DNA from: Dyella ginsengisoli
GTDB taxonomy: Bacteria; Pseudomonadota; Gammaproteobacteria; Xanthomonadales; Rhodanobacteraceae
NCBI RefSeq assembly: GCF_044904665.1
Contig: NZ_JADIKM010000001.1
Location: forward strand, 1,467,995-1,491,994
DNA length: 24,000 bases
Reading direction: 5' to 3'
Part shown: positions 1 to 7,217 of the stretch, piece by piece
Layout of the letters: every line of letters starts with the position of its first letter
Position numbering within the stretch: position 1 is the first letter of the stretch
Notes under the pieces: generated by a model
Database searches by the model: none
What the model was told of the DNA's origin: nothing
Seen by the model: the letters and a program-made list of their open reading frames with translations, nothing else
Position numbers and translations under genes: made by a program

Positions 1-21
1 ATCTGCAGCAGGGGGACATGC

Positions 22-33
22 CATGACGTCATG
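22..33. promoter_or_regulatory. 12-bp perfect palindrome CATGACGTCATG upstream of tssB; candidate operator site
   Basis: Perfect dyad read directly from the sequence, about 105 bp upstream of the tssB ATG in the only non-coding DNA before the operon. No regulator can be assigned. Confidence 0.2.
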
Positions 34-136
34 CATCGCGTTTGCGGCGGGGTTCCGCGGCGAGCGTTCGGCTGCGTCGGCCGTGCCTCCGATCCGTCCT
101 CATCACCGGTAGACCCTGTTCGAAGGAGACACAAGC

Positions 137-652
137 ATGGCCAAGCAAAGCAGTCAGAAATTCATCGCGAGAAACCGCGCGCCGCGCGTGCAGATCGAGT
201 ACGACGTCGAGGTCTACGGCGCGCAGAAGAAGGTGCAGGTGCCTTTCGTGATGGGCGTGATGTCCGACCTGTCCGGCGCCAACAACGCCGAGCTGCCGGC
301 GATCGAGGACCGCAAGGCGATGGAAATCGACGTGGACAACTTCGATCAGCGCCTGCAGTCGATGAAGCCGCGCGTCTCCTTCGCCGTGCCCAACACGCTG
401 ACCGGCGAGGGCAACCTCAACGTCGACATCACCTTCGAAAGCATGGACGACTTCTCGCCAGCCGCCGTGGCGCGCAAGGTGAGCTCGGTCGCCAAGCTGC
501 TGGAGGCACGCACCCAGTTGGCCAACCTGGGTACCTACATGGACGGCAAGGCGGGTGCCGAGAAGCTCATCGCCCAGGCGATCAACGATCCGGCATTGCT
601 GCAATCACTGGTGTCGGCGCCCAAGCCCGGCGACGACAAGGACGGGGAGTAA
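137..652 (+). CDS. tssB: T6SS contractile sheath small subunit TssB (VipA/ImpB)
   Basis: 171-aa ORF. The N-terminus MAKQSSQKFIARNRAPRVQIEYDVEVYG...VPFVMGVMSDLSG is typical of the TssB family. A GAAGGAGA RBS lies upstream, and tssC follows 6 nt later. Confidence 0.93.
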   Translation: MAKQSSQKFIARNRAPRVQIEYDVEVYGAQKKVQVPFVMGVMSDLSGANNAELPAIEDRKAMEIDVDNFDQRLQSMKPRVSFAVPNTLTGEGNLNVDITFESMDDFSPAAVARKVSSVAKLLEARTQLANLGTYMDGKAGAEKLIAQAINDPALLQSLVSAPKPGDDKDGE

Positions 653-658
653 GCACAC

Positions 659-2152
659 ATGGCAACCGAGAAACTGGCCGAACAGGGCGGTGCGACCGCC
701 ACCGTCGAAGCGGGCGACTTCGCCGCTCTGCTGAGCAAGGAATTCAAGCCCAAGAGCGAGCGCGCCAAGGAAGAGGTCGAGTCGGCCGTCCGCACGCTGG
801 CCGAGCAGGTGCTGAGCAAGTCCGACATCGTCTCCGACGACGTCACCCAGACCATCAACGCCTATGTGGCCGAGCTTGACCGCAAGATCAGCGAGCAGCT
901 GAACCTGGTCATGCACCACGAGGATTTCCAGAAGCTCGAAAGCGCCTGGCGCGGCCTGCATCACCTGGTGAACAACACCGAGACGGATCAGCAGCTGAAG
1001 ATCCGCGTGATGAACATCTCCAAGAAGGAGCTGGGCAAGACGCTCAAGCGCTACAAGGGCACCGCGTGGGACCAGAGCCCGATCTTCAAGAAGATGTACG
1101 AAGAGGAATATGGTCAGCTCGGTGGCGAGCCCTATGGCTGCCTGGTCGGCGACTACTACTTCGACCACAGCCCGCCTGACGTGGAAATGCTCGCCGGCAT
1201 CGCCCAGGTGGCCTCGGCGGCACACGCGCCGTTCATCGCTGCGGCCAACTCCAGCCTGATGGGCATGGAGAACTGGAATGAGCTGTCCAACCCGCGCGAC
1301 CTGGCGAAGATCTTCTCCACGCCGGACTACGCCGCGTGGCGCTCGCTGCGCGAATCGGAAGACGCCAAGTACCTCGGTCTCACCATGCCGCGCACGCTGG
1401 CCCGCCTGCCTTACGGCGCGGCCACCAATCCGGTGGAGGAGTTCAACTTCGAGGAAGACACCTCCGGCGCCGACTCGTCCAAGTACACCTGGCAGAACGC
1501 CGCCTATGCGATGGCGGTGAACATCAACCGCTCGTTCAAGGAATACGGCTGGTGCTCGCGCATCCGCGGCATCGAATCCGGCGGTGCGGTGGAAGGCCTG
1601 CCGGTGCACGCCTTCCCCAGTGACGACGGCGGCGTGGACATGAAGTGCCCCACCGAGATCGCCATCACCGACCGCCGTTCGGCCGAGCTCGACAGGATGG
1701 GCCTGATGCCGCTGGTGCATCGCAAGAACTCGGACATGGCCGCCTTCATCAGCGCGCAGTCGCTGGCCAAGCCGGAGGAGTACGACAACCCGGACGCCAC
1801 CGCGAACGCCGCGCTCAGCTGCCGCCTGCCGTACCTGTTCGCCGCCAGCCGCTTCGCGCATTACCTGAAGTGCATCGTGCGCGACAAGATCGGCTCGTTC
1901 TCCAGCCGCGACCAGATGCAGAGCTGGCTCACCAACTGGGTCATGAACTACGTCGACGGTGACCCGGTGAACTCCAGCGAGGAGACCAAGGCGCGCAAAC
2001 CGCTGTCGGCCGCCGAGGTGGTGGTGGAAGAGGTGGAGGGCGCCCCGGGGTACTACACCTCGAAGTTCTTCCTCAAGCCGCACTACCAGCTGGAAGGGCT
2101 CACGGTGTCGCTGCGGCTGGTCTCGCGCCTGCCGTCGGCAGCCAAGGCCTGA
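659..2152 (+). CDS. tssC: T6SS contractile sheath large subunit TssC (VipB/ImpC)
   Basis: 497-aa ORF immediately after tssB. Its length and sequence character (e.g. SPIFKKMYEEEYGQLGGEPYG, IRGIESGG.VEGLPVH.F) match the TssC family. Confidence 0.93.
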   Translation: MATEKLAEQGGATATVEAGDFAALLSKEFKPKSERAKEEVESAVRTLAEQVLSKSDIVSDDVTQTINAYVAELDRKISEQLNLVMHHEDFQKLESAWRGLHHLVNNTETDQQLKIRVMNISKKELGKTLKRYKGTAWDQSPIFKKMYEEEYGQLGGEPYGCLVGDYYFDHSPPDVEMLAGIAQVASAAHAPFIAAANSSLMGMENWNELSNPRDLAKIFSTPDYAAWRSLRESEDAKYLGLTMPRTLARLPYGAATNPVEEFNFEEDTSGADSSKYTWQNAAYAMAVNINRSFKEYGWCSRIRGIESGGAVEGLPVHAFPSDDGGVDMKCPTEIAITDRRSAELDRMGLMPLVHRKNSDMAAFISAQSLAKPEEYDNPDATANAALSCRLPYLFAASRFAHYLKCIVRDKIGSFSSRDQMQSWLTNWVMNYVDGDPVNSSEETKARKPLSAAEVVVEEVEGAPGYYTSKFFLKPHYQLEGLTVSLRLVSRLPSAAKA

Positions 2153-2163
2153 TCGACATCCGC

Positions 2164-2195
2164 GCAGGCGCTGGCGTTGACCGCCAGCCGCCTGC
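2164..2195 (+). terminator. GC-rich stem-loop (13-bp stem with one bulge, loop TTGAC) just after the tssC stop; possible attenuator or RNA-stabilising hairpin
   Basis: GCAGGCGCTGGCG TTGAC CGCCAG(C)CGCCTGC read directly, 12 nt after the tssC stop inside the 225-bp tssC-hcp spacer. No U-tract follows. Confidence 0.35.
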
Positions 2196-2377
2196 ACGGG
2201 CGAGCAGCGACAACACAAGGGCGCGACAGGGGACGGTCGCTTCCCGGGCGATGTTCACGACGGTCGAAGGCCGGCTTTCGTTCCCACGCAAGAAAAGCGT
2301 CAACCACGGATCGACCGGTGCGGGGACGTTCCCGAACGGCGTCATCCATCCATCACAGGTGATCGAGGAGAGGTTCC

Positions 2378-2878
2378 ATGGCATTCGACATGCACATCAA
2401 GTTCGGCTCGGGCAAGGTCAAGATCGAGGGCTCGTCCAAGCACGCCAAGCACACGGGTGAGGTTCCGATCCTTGCCTGGTCGTGGGGCGCCAGCAACACC
2501 GGCGATCTGCACGGCGGCGCCGGCGCCAGCGGCGGCAAGGCCAACGTGCAGGACATTTCCATCACCAAGTACGTCGACAGCTGCTCCAACGCGCTGTTGA
2601 ACGCGGTGTGCACCGGCGGTCGCATCGACCAGGCGTGGCTGTACGTCACCAACGCCACCGGCGAGCAGACCGATTTCCTCACGCTGGAACTGAGCGAAGG
2701 CATCCTGGTGACCTCGTACTCCACCGGCGGCTCTGGCGGCGAGGATCGCCTCACCGAGAACATCACCCTGCACTTCGGCAAGTTCAAGTACTCGTTCCAG
2801 CCGCAGGACGACAAGGGCGCCAAGCTCGGCGGCGCCAAGGACTTCACCTACGACATGCAGAAGGTCGCCGCGGCCTAA
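2378..2878 (+). CDS. hcp: Hcp (TssD) inner tube protein
   Basis: 166-aa ORF MAFDMHIKFGSGKVKIEGSSKH...ILAWSWGASN...ENITLHFGKFKYSFQPQ, a typical Hcp1-family size and pattern, with a GAGGAGAGG RBS. Confidence 0.92.
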   Translation: MAFDMHIKFGSGKVKIEGSSKHAKHTGEVPILAWSWGASNTGDLHGGAGASGGKANVQDISITKYVDSCSNALLNAVCTGGRIDQAWLYVTNATGEQTDFLTLELSEGILVTSYSTGGSGGEDRLTENITLHFGKFKYSFQPQDDKGAKLGGAKDFTYDMQKVAAA

Positions 2879-2926
2879 GGGCCTCGGCGCAGCGTCCTCG
2901 TCCCTCTCGTCAACCAAGGCTTTTGC

Positions 2927-3724
2927 GTGGATAACACCCCCGAAAACATGCTCAAGGAAGGCCGGCTGGACGAGGCGCTGCAGGCCCTCACCGCACAGGT
3001 GCGTGCCAACCCGGCGGATGCCAAGCGCCGGGTCTTCCTGTTCCAGCTGCTCGCGCTGCTGGGGCAGTGGGAGCGGGCCCAGAATCAGCTCACCGTCGCT
3101 GGCGAAATGGACCCGCTCAATGCCTTGATGGTCGGCGCCTACAACGTGGCGCTGGCCGGTGAACGCGAGCGCGTCGAGGTGCTGGAGGGCCGGCGTGCGC
3201 CGGTCATCATCGGCGAGCCGGCGCAGTGGGTGGCCCTGCTGCTGCAGGCGCTCAAGCTCAATGCGGAAGGTCGCCACGAGCAGGCCGCCGCGCTGCGCGA
3301 GCAGGCTTTCGAACAGGCCGAGGCCATCGGTGGCTCCATCGACGGCACCGCGTTCGAATGGATGGCCGATGCCGATCCGCGGTTCGGCCCGTGCCTGGAA
3401 GTGATCACCAAGAGTGGCTACGCGTGGGCGCCGTTCTCGCGCATTCGCGAGCTCACCTTCGAAGCGCCGAGCGATCTGCGCGACAAGATCTGGGCGCCGG
3501 TGCAGATCACCTGGGCCAATGGCGGCCAGGCGGTCGGTTTCGTGCCCGCCCGCTACCCCGGGGCAGACCGCTCCGGTGACGGTGACATCGTGCTCGCCCG
3601 CCGCACCGACTGGCTCGACCTGGGCGACGATTTCCAGGTGGCCCAGGGGCAGCGCATGCTGGCGACCGACGCCGGCGAGTATCCGTTGCTGGATGTCCGT
3701 TCCATCACGTTCAACGCCGGCTGA
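2927..3724 (+). CDS. tagJ: T6SS accessory protein TagJ (ImpE family)
   Basis: 265-aa ORF with a GTG start preceded by AAGG. It has an N-terminal TPR-like region (LKEGRLDEALQAL...ANPADAKRRVFLFQLLALLGQWERAQNQL) and a C-terminal LRDKIWAPVQI....VPARYPG pattern typical of ImpE. The hcp-impE-tssE position matches the imp operon order. Confidence 0.85.
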   Translation: MDNTPENMLKEGRLDEALQALTAQVRANPADAKRRVFLFQLLALLGQWERAQNQLTVAGEMDPLNALMVGAYNVALAGERERVEVLEGRRAPVIIGEPAQWVALLLQALKLNAEGRHEQAAALREQAFEQAEAIGGSIDGTAFEWMADADPRFGPCLEVITKSGYAWAPFSRIRELTFEAPSDLRDKIWAPVQITWANGGQAVGFVPARYPGADRSGDGDIVLARRTDWLDLGDDFQVAQGQRMLATDAGEYPLLDVRSITFNAG

Positions 3725-3737
3725 TGGAACGCGTGTC

Positions 3738-4241
3738 ATGGCCGAGCTGACCACCCAGGAACGGTTGCAACCCTCGTTGCTGGACCGGCTCACCGACGAC
3801 GAGCCGGGCAAGCACGACGAAAGCCGCGACAAGCGCGTGATCACCGCCAACCGCCTGCGCGAATGCGTGACCCGCGATATCGCCTGGCTGCTCAACTGCG
3901 TGAACCTGGGCGCCGACGAGGCGCTGGCCGACTATCCCGAGGTCGCCCGCTCGGTGCTCAACTTCGGCATTCCCGACCTCACCGGCACAGCCCTGGCCGG
4001 CGTCGACGCCGCCACGCTGCAGCGCCAGCTGCGCGCCGCACTGCTGGCGTTCGAGCCGCGACTCACCGCCAGTACCCTGCGTGTCACGGTGAATACCGAC
4101 AGCACGCGCATGGACCGGCAGTCGCTGGTGTTCAACATCGAGTCGGAGATGTGGGCGCAGCCGATCCCGCTGAAGCTCTACCTGAAGACCGAGGTGGACC
4201 TGGAAACCGGCGCGTTCCGCGTCTCCGAAGGCTTCGGCTGA
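3738..4241 (+). CDS. tssE: T6SS baseplate subunit TssE (gp25-like, ImpF)
   Basis: In-frame ATG at 3738 inside ORF 3414..4241. MAELTTQERLQPSLLDRLTDDEP...RDIAWLLN is the typical TssE N-terminus, and the length is about 167 aa. The stop overlaps the tssF start (TGATG). Confidence 0.9.
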   Translation: MAELTTQERLQPSLLDRLTDDEPGKHDESRDKRVITANRLRECVTRDIAWLLNCVNLGADEALADYPEVARSVLNFGIPDLTGTALAGVDAATLQRQLRAALLAFEPRLTASTLRVTVNTDSTRMDRQSLVFNIESEMWAQPIPLKLYLKTEVDLETGAFRVSEGFG

Positions 4242-6133
4242 TGAGCATGGATCCGCGCCTGCTGCGCTACTACAACCGCGAGCTGCAGCACGTCCGCGAG
4301 ATGGGCGGCGAGTTCGCGCGCGAATACCCCAAGATCGCCGGGCGGCTCGGGCTGGAAGGGTTCGAGTGTGCCGATCCCTACGTCGAGCGCCTGCTGGAAG
4401 GTTTTGCCTTCCTCGCCGCGCGCGTGCAGCTGAAGCTCGACGCGCAGTATCCGGTGTTCACCCAGCACCTGCTGGAAATGGTCTACCCGCATTACCTCGC
4501 CCCGGTACCGTCGATGGCCGTGGTGCAGCTGCAGCCCGACCTGAAGGAGGCGGCGCTGGTCACCGGCCACACGGTGCCGCGGCACACCGCGTTGCGCAGC
4601 CAGACCGGCCGCGACGATCGCACCGCCTGCGAGTACCGCACCGCCCATGACGTCACGTTGTGGCCGCTGGAACTGTCCGAGGCCAAGTATTTCGAGACGC
4701 CCGCAGCGCTGGCGGCGGCGGGCGTGCCGATGCCCGATGGCAAGGCGGTGCGCGCCGGCCTGCGGCTCAAGTTCCGCGTCACCGCGGGTGCCCCGGCCCA
4801 TGCGCTGGCGCTGGACAAGCTGCCGGTATTCATCGCCGGCGCCGACGAACTGCCCAAGCGGCTGTACGAACAGCTGCTGGGCAATGCGGTGGGCTACGTG
4901 GTGCGCGCGGCGGGCCCGTCGGGTGACATGCTCGCCACTACGTTCCCGGCCGATGCCATCCACACCCGCGGTTTCGACGACAGCGAGGCGCTGATCCCCT
5001 ACACGGCGCGTTCCTTCAGCGGCTACCGGCTGCTGCAGGAATACTTCGCCTGTCCGGAGCGGTTCCTGTTTGCCGAGTTCACCGGCCTGCGTTCGGTGCT
5101 GGCACGCTCGCAGGGCAGCGAGTTCGAGATCGACGTGCTGTTCGATCGCAGCATCGCCCGCCTGCACAACGCGGTGGATGCGGGCAACTTCCGGCTGTTC
5201 TGCACGCCGGCGATCAACCTGTTCCAGCGCCGTGCCGACCGCATCCACCTGCAGGCCGGCAAGACCGAGTACCACGTGCTGGCCGACCGCACGCGGCCGA
5301 TGGATTTCGAGATTCACTCGGTCAGCGAGGTGGAGGGCTTCGGCGACCGGCAGGAGCCGGAACTGCGCTTCCAGCCGTTCTACGGCTGCGACGAGCGCAC
5401 CTGGCACAGCGGCACCGCGGCGTTCTATACGGTGCGCCGCGAGCCGCGCCTGCTCTCCGCCCGCCAGCAGCTGCACGGGGCGCGCTCGAGCTACATCGGC
5501 AACGAGCTGTTCATTTCGCTGGTGGACGCGCGCGATGCGCCGTTCTCCACCTCGCTGCGCCAGATCGGCATGCAGCTGTTGTGCACCAACCGCGACCTCC
5601 CGCTGCAGATGCCGGTGGGCAAGGGCGCCACGGACTTCACCATGGAGGCCGGCGCGCCGGTGCAGGCGATCCGCTGCGTGGCCGGGCCGACCAAGCCGCG
5701 CGCGCCCACCGCCACCGGCGAGACCGCGTGGCGACTGCTCAGCCACCTGCAGCTCAACTACGCCTCGCTGCTCGGCGAAGGCGGCGAGCAGGGTGCCGCG
5801 GCGCTGCGCGAGATGCTCACGCTGTACTGCGACGAGTTCGACTCGGGCGCGCGGCGGCAGATCGAGGGCGTCAAGGCGGTCGGCACCACGCCGATCGTGC
5901 GGCGCATCCCGGTGCCCGGCCCGATCAGCTTCGGGCGCGGGCTGGAGGTCACGCTCACCTGCGACGACGGCGCCTTCGAGGGCACCGGCGCCTTCCTGCT
6001 CGGCTCGGTCATGCAGCACTTCTTTGCGCGCTATGTCTCGGTCAATTCGTTCACCGAGACGGTGCTGCGCACCCTGGAACGCAACGAGGTGGCCCGATGG
6101 CCGGCACAGCTGGGCAAGCGCCAGATCCTGTAG
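4241..6133 (+). CDS. tssF: T6SS baseplate subunit TssF (ImpG)
   Basis: In-frame ATG at 4241. MSMDPRLLRYYNRELQHVREMGGEFAREYPKIAGRLG is the canonical TssF N-terminus, and the length is about 630 aa. The upstream part of ORF 3863.. overlaps tssE and is not coding. Confidence 0.92.
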   Translation: MSMDPRLLRYYNRELQHVREMGGEFAREYPKIAGRLGLEGFECADPYVERLLEGFAFLAARVQLKLDAQYPVFTQHLLEMVYPHYLAPVPSMAVVQLQPDLKEAALVTGHTVPRHTALRSQTGRDDRTACEYRTAHDVTLWPLELSEAKYFETPAALAAAGVPMPDGKAVRAGLRLKFRVTAGAPAHALALDKLPVFIAGADELPKRLYEQLLGNAVGYVVRAAGPSGDMLATTFPADAIHTRGFDDSEALIPYTARSFSGYRLLQEYFACPERFLFAEFTGLRSVLARSQGSEFEIDVLFDRSIARLHNAVDAGNFRLFCTPAINLFQRRADRIHLQAGKTEYHVLADRTRPMDFEIHSVSEVEGFGDRQEPELRFQPFYGCDERTWHSGTAAFYTVRREPRLLSARQQLHGARSSYIGNELFISLVDARDAPFSTSLRQIGMQLLCTNRDLPLQMPVGKGATDFTMEAGAPVQAIRCVAGPTKPRAPTATGETAWRLLSHLQLNYASLLGEGGEQGAAALREMLTLYCDEFDSGARRQIEGVKAVGTTPIVRRIPVPGPISFGRGLEVTLTCDDGAFEGTGAFLLGSVMQHFFARYVSVNSFTETVLRTLERNEVARWPAQLGKRQIL

Positions 6134-7119
6134 CGCTGCTCGACGCGCTGCACGAGCACCCGGAGCGGTTCGACTTTTTCGACGCGGTCCGGCGGATCGA
6201 GTGCGCGTATCCGCAGCATCCGCGCCTGGGCGAGTCGACCAAGCCGTCGGAGGATCCGGTGCGGCTGTGCCACACGCCGTCGCTGGCGTTCGCGCCGAGC
6301 ATGCTCGATCGCGTCGAGAAGGCCGCGGACGGCAAGCCGGCACGCCTGCACGGGCTGTTCTTCGGCCTGTTCGGCCCCAACGCCGCGCTGCCGCTGCACC
6401 TTACCGAGTACGCGCTCGACCGGCAGATCAACGCGCGCGACAAGACCTTCACCGCGTTCGCCGACATCTTCCATCACCGGATGATGAGCCTGTTCTACCG
6501 CGCCTGGGCCGATGCGCAGCCGACGGTGCAATACGACCGACCCAAACAGGATCGTTTCGGCACCTACGTCGGCGCGCTGGTCGGCCTGGCCACGCCGCAC
6601 GTGACCGATCGCGATGCGCTGCCGGACCGCTTCAAGCGCTTCTTCGCCGGGCGCCTGCTGCAGCAGGCGCGCAATGCCGAGGGGCTGCAGACGCTGCTGC
6701 AGGATTTTTTCCGCATCCCGGTGCGGGTGGTCGAATTCGTCGCCGAATGGATGCGCCTGCCGAACGAGGCGCATCTTCGGCTCGGCGGTTCGGCGCAGAT
6801 GGCTTCGCTGGGGCGCACTGCCGTGCTGGGCGAATTCGTGTGGGGCGCGCAGCAGCGCTTTCGCCTGCGGATCGGACCGCTGGACAGCGTGCAGTTCCAC
6901 CACTTCCTGCCTGGCGGCGAAGCGCTCGACCAGCTGGTTGCCGCGGTGAAGACCTATGCCGGCGAGGAAAAGGCCTGGGACGTGCAGCTGGTGCTGCGCC
7001 GGGACGAGATTCCCGCCACCCGGCTGGGCCAGGCCGGTCGCATGGGCCTGACCACCTGGATGGGCCAGCCGCGCCGCTCTACCGATGCCGACGACGTCGT
7101 GCTCCGGCCCACCGGATGA
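6097..7119 (+). CDS. tssG: T6SS baseplate subunit TssG (ImpH)
   Basis: In-frame ATG at 6097. LLDALHEHPERFDFFDAVRRIEC..P..PRLGES is the typical TssG start, and the length is about 340 aa. It overlaps the tssF 3' end by 37 nt, consistent with translational coupling. Confidence 0.9.
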   Translation: MAGTAGQAPDPVALLDALHEHPERFDFFDAVRRIECAYPQHPRLGESTKPSEDPVRLCHTPSLAFAPSMLDRVEKAADGKPARLHGLFFGLFGPNAALPLHLTEYALDRQINARDKTFTAFADIFHHRMMSLFYRAWADAQPTVQYDRPKQDRFGTYVGALVGLATPHVTDRDALPDRFKRFFAGRLLQQARNAEGLQTLLQDFFRIPVRVVEFVAEWMRLPNEAHLRLGGSAQMASLGRTAVLGEFVWGAQQRFRLRIGPLDSVQFHHFLPGGEALDQLVAAVKTYAGEEKAWDVQLVLRRDEIPATRLGQAGRMGLTTWMGQPRRSTDADDVVLRPTG

Positions 7120-7217
7120 ACTCGATGCCGCGCCCTTCGCTTCATCCCACCCATTCGATCCACGCCCGCGCCTTGTGCGTGGGAGTCACCCGCTAACGTC
7201 GCAAGGATTCCAGCACC

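Noticed and set aside
31-879. Plus-strand alternative-frame ORFs overlapping real genes (e.g. 31..879, 5070..7196, 7085..10162, 21075..23900)
   Set aside because: They are out-of-frame readings of tssB/tssC, tssF/tssG, clpV and tagH/tssK. They are extremely Arg/Pro/Gly-rich with no motifs and no RBS context.
605-2218. Very long minus-strand ORFs antisense to the T6SS genes (605..2218, 2342..3895, 4178..6343, 6954..10133, 16593..18512, 18238..20457, 21244..23985)
   Set aside because: Their translations are Arg/Ala/Gly/His-rich and low in complexity, with no recognisable domains. Each lies exactly opposite a plus-strand ORF with unmistakable T6SS family sequence. They are a typical stop-codon-poor antisense artefact of GC-rich DNA.
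2345-2355. Short ATCCATCCATC upstream of the hcp RBS, similar to the (ATCC)5 tract at 15752
   Set aside because: With fewer than three units it is too short to be treated as a microsatellite. It is mentioned only as context for the longer tract.
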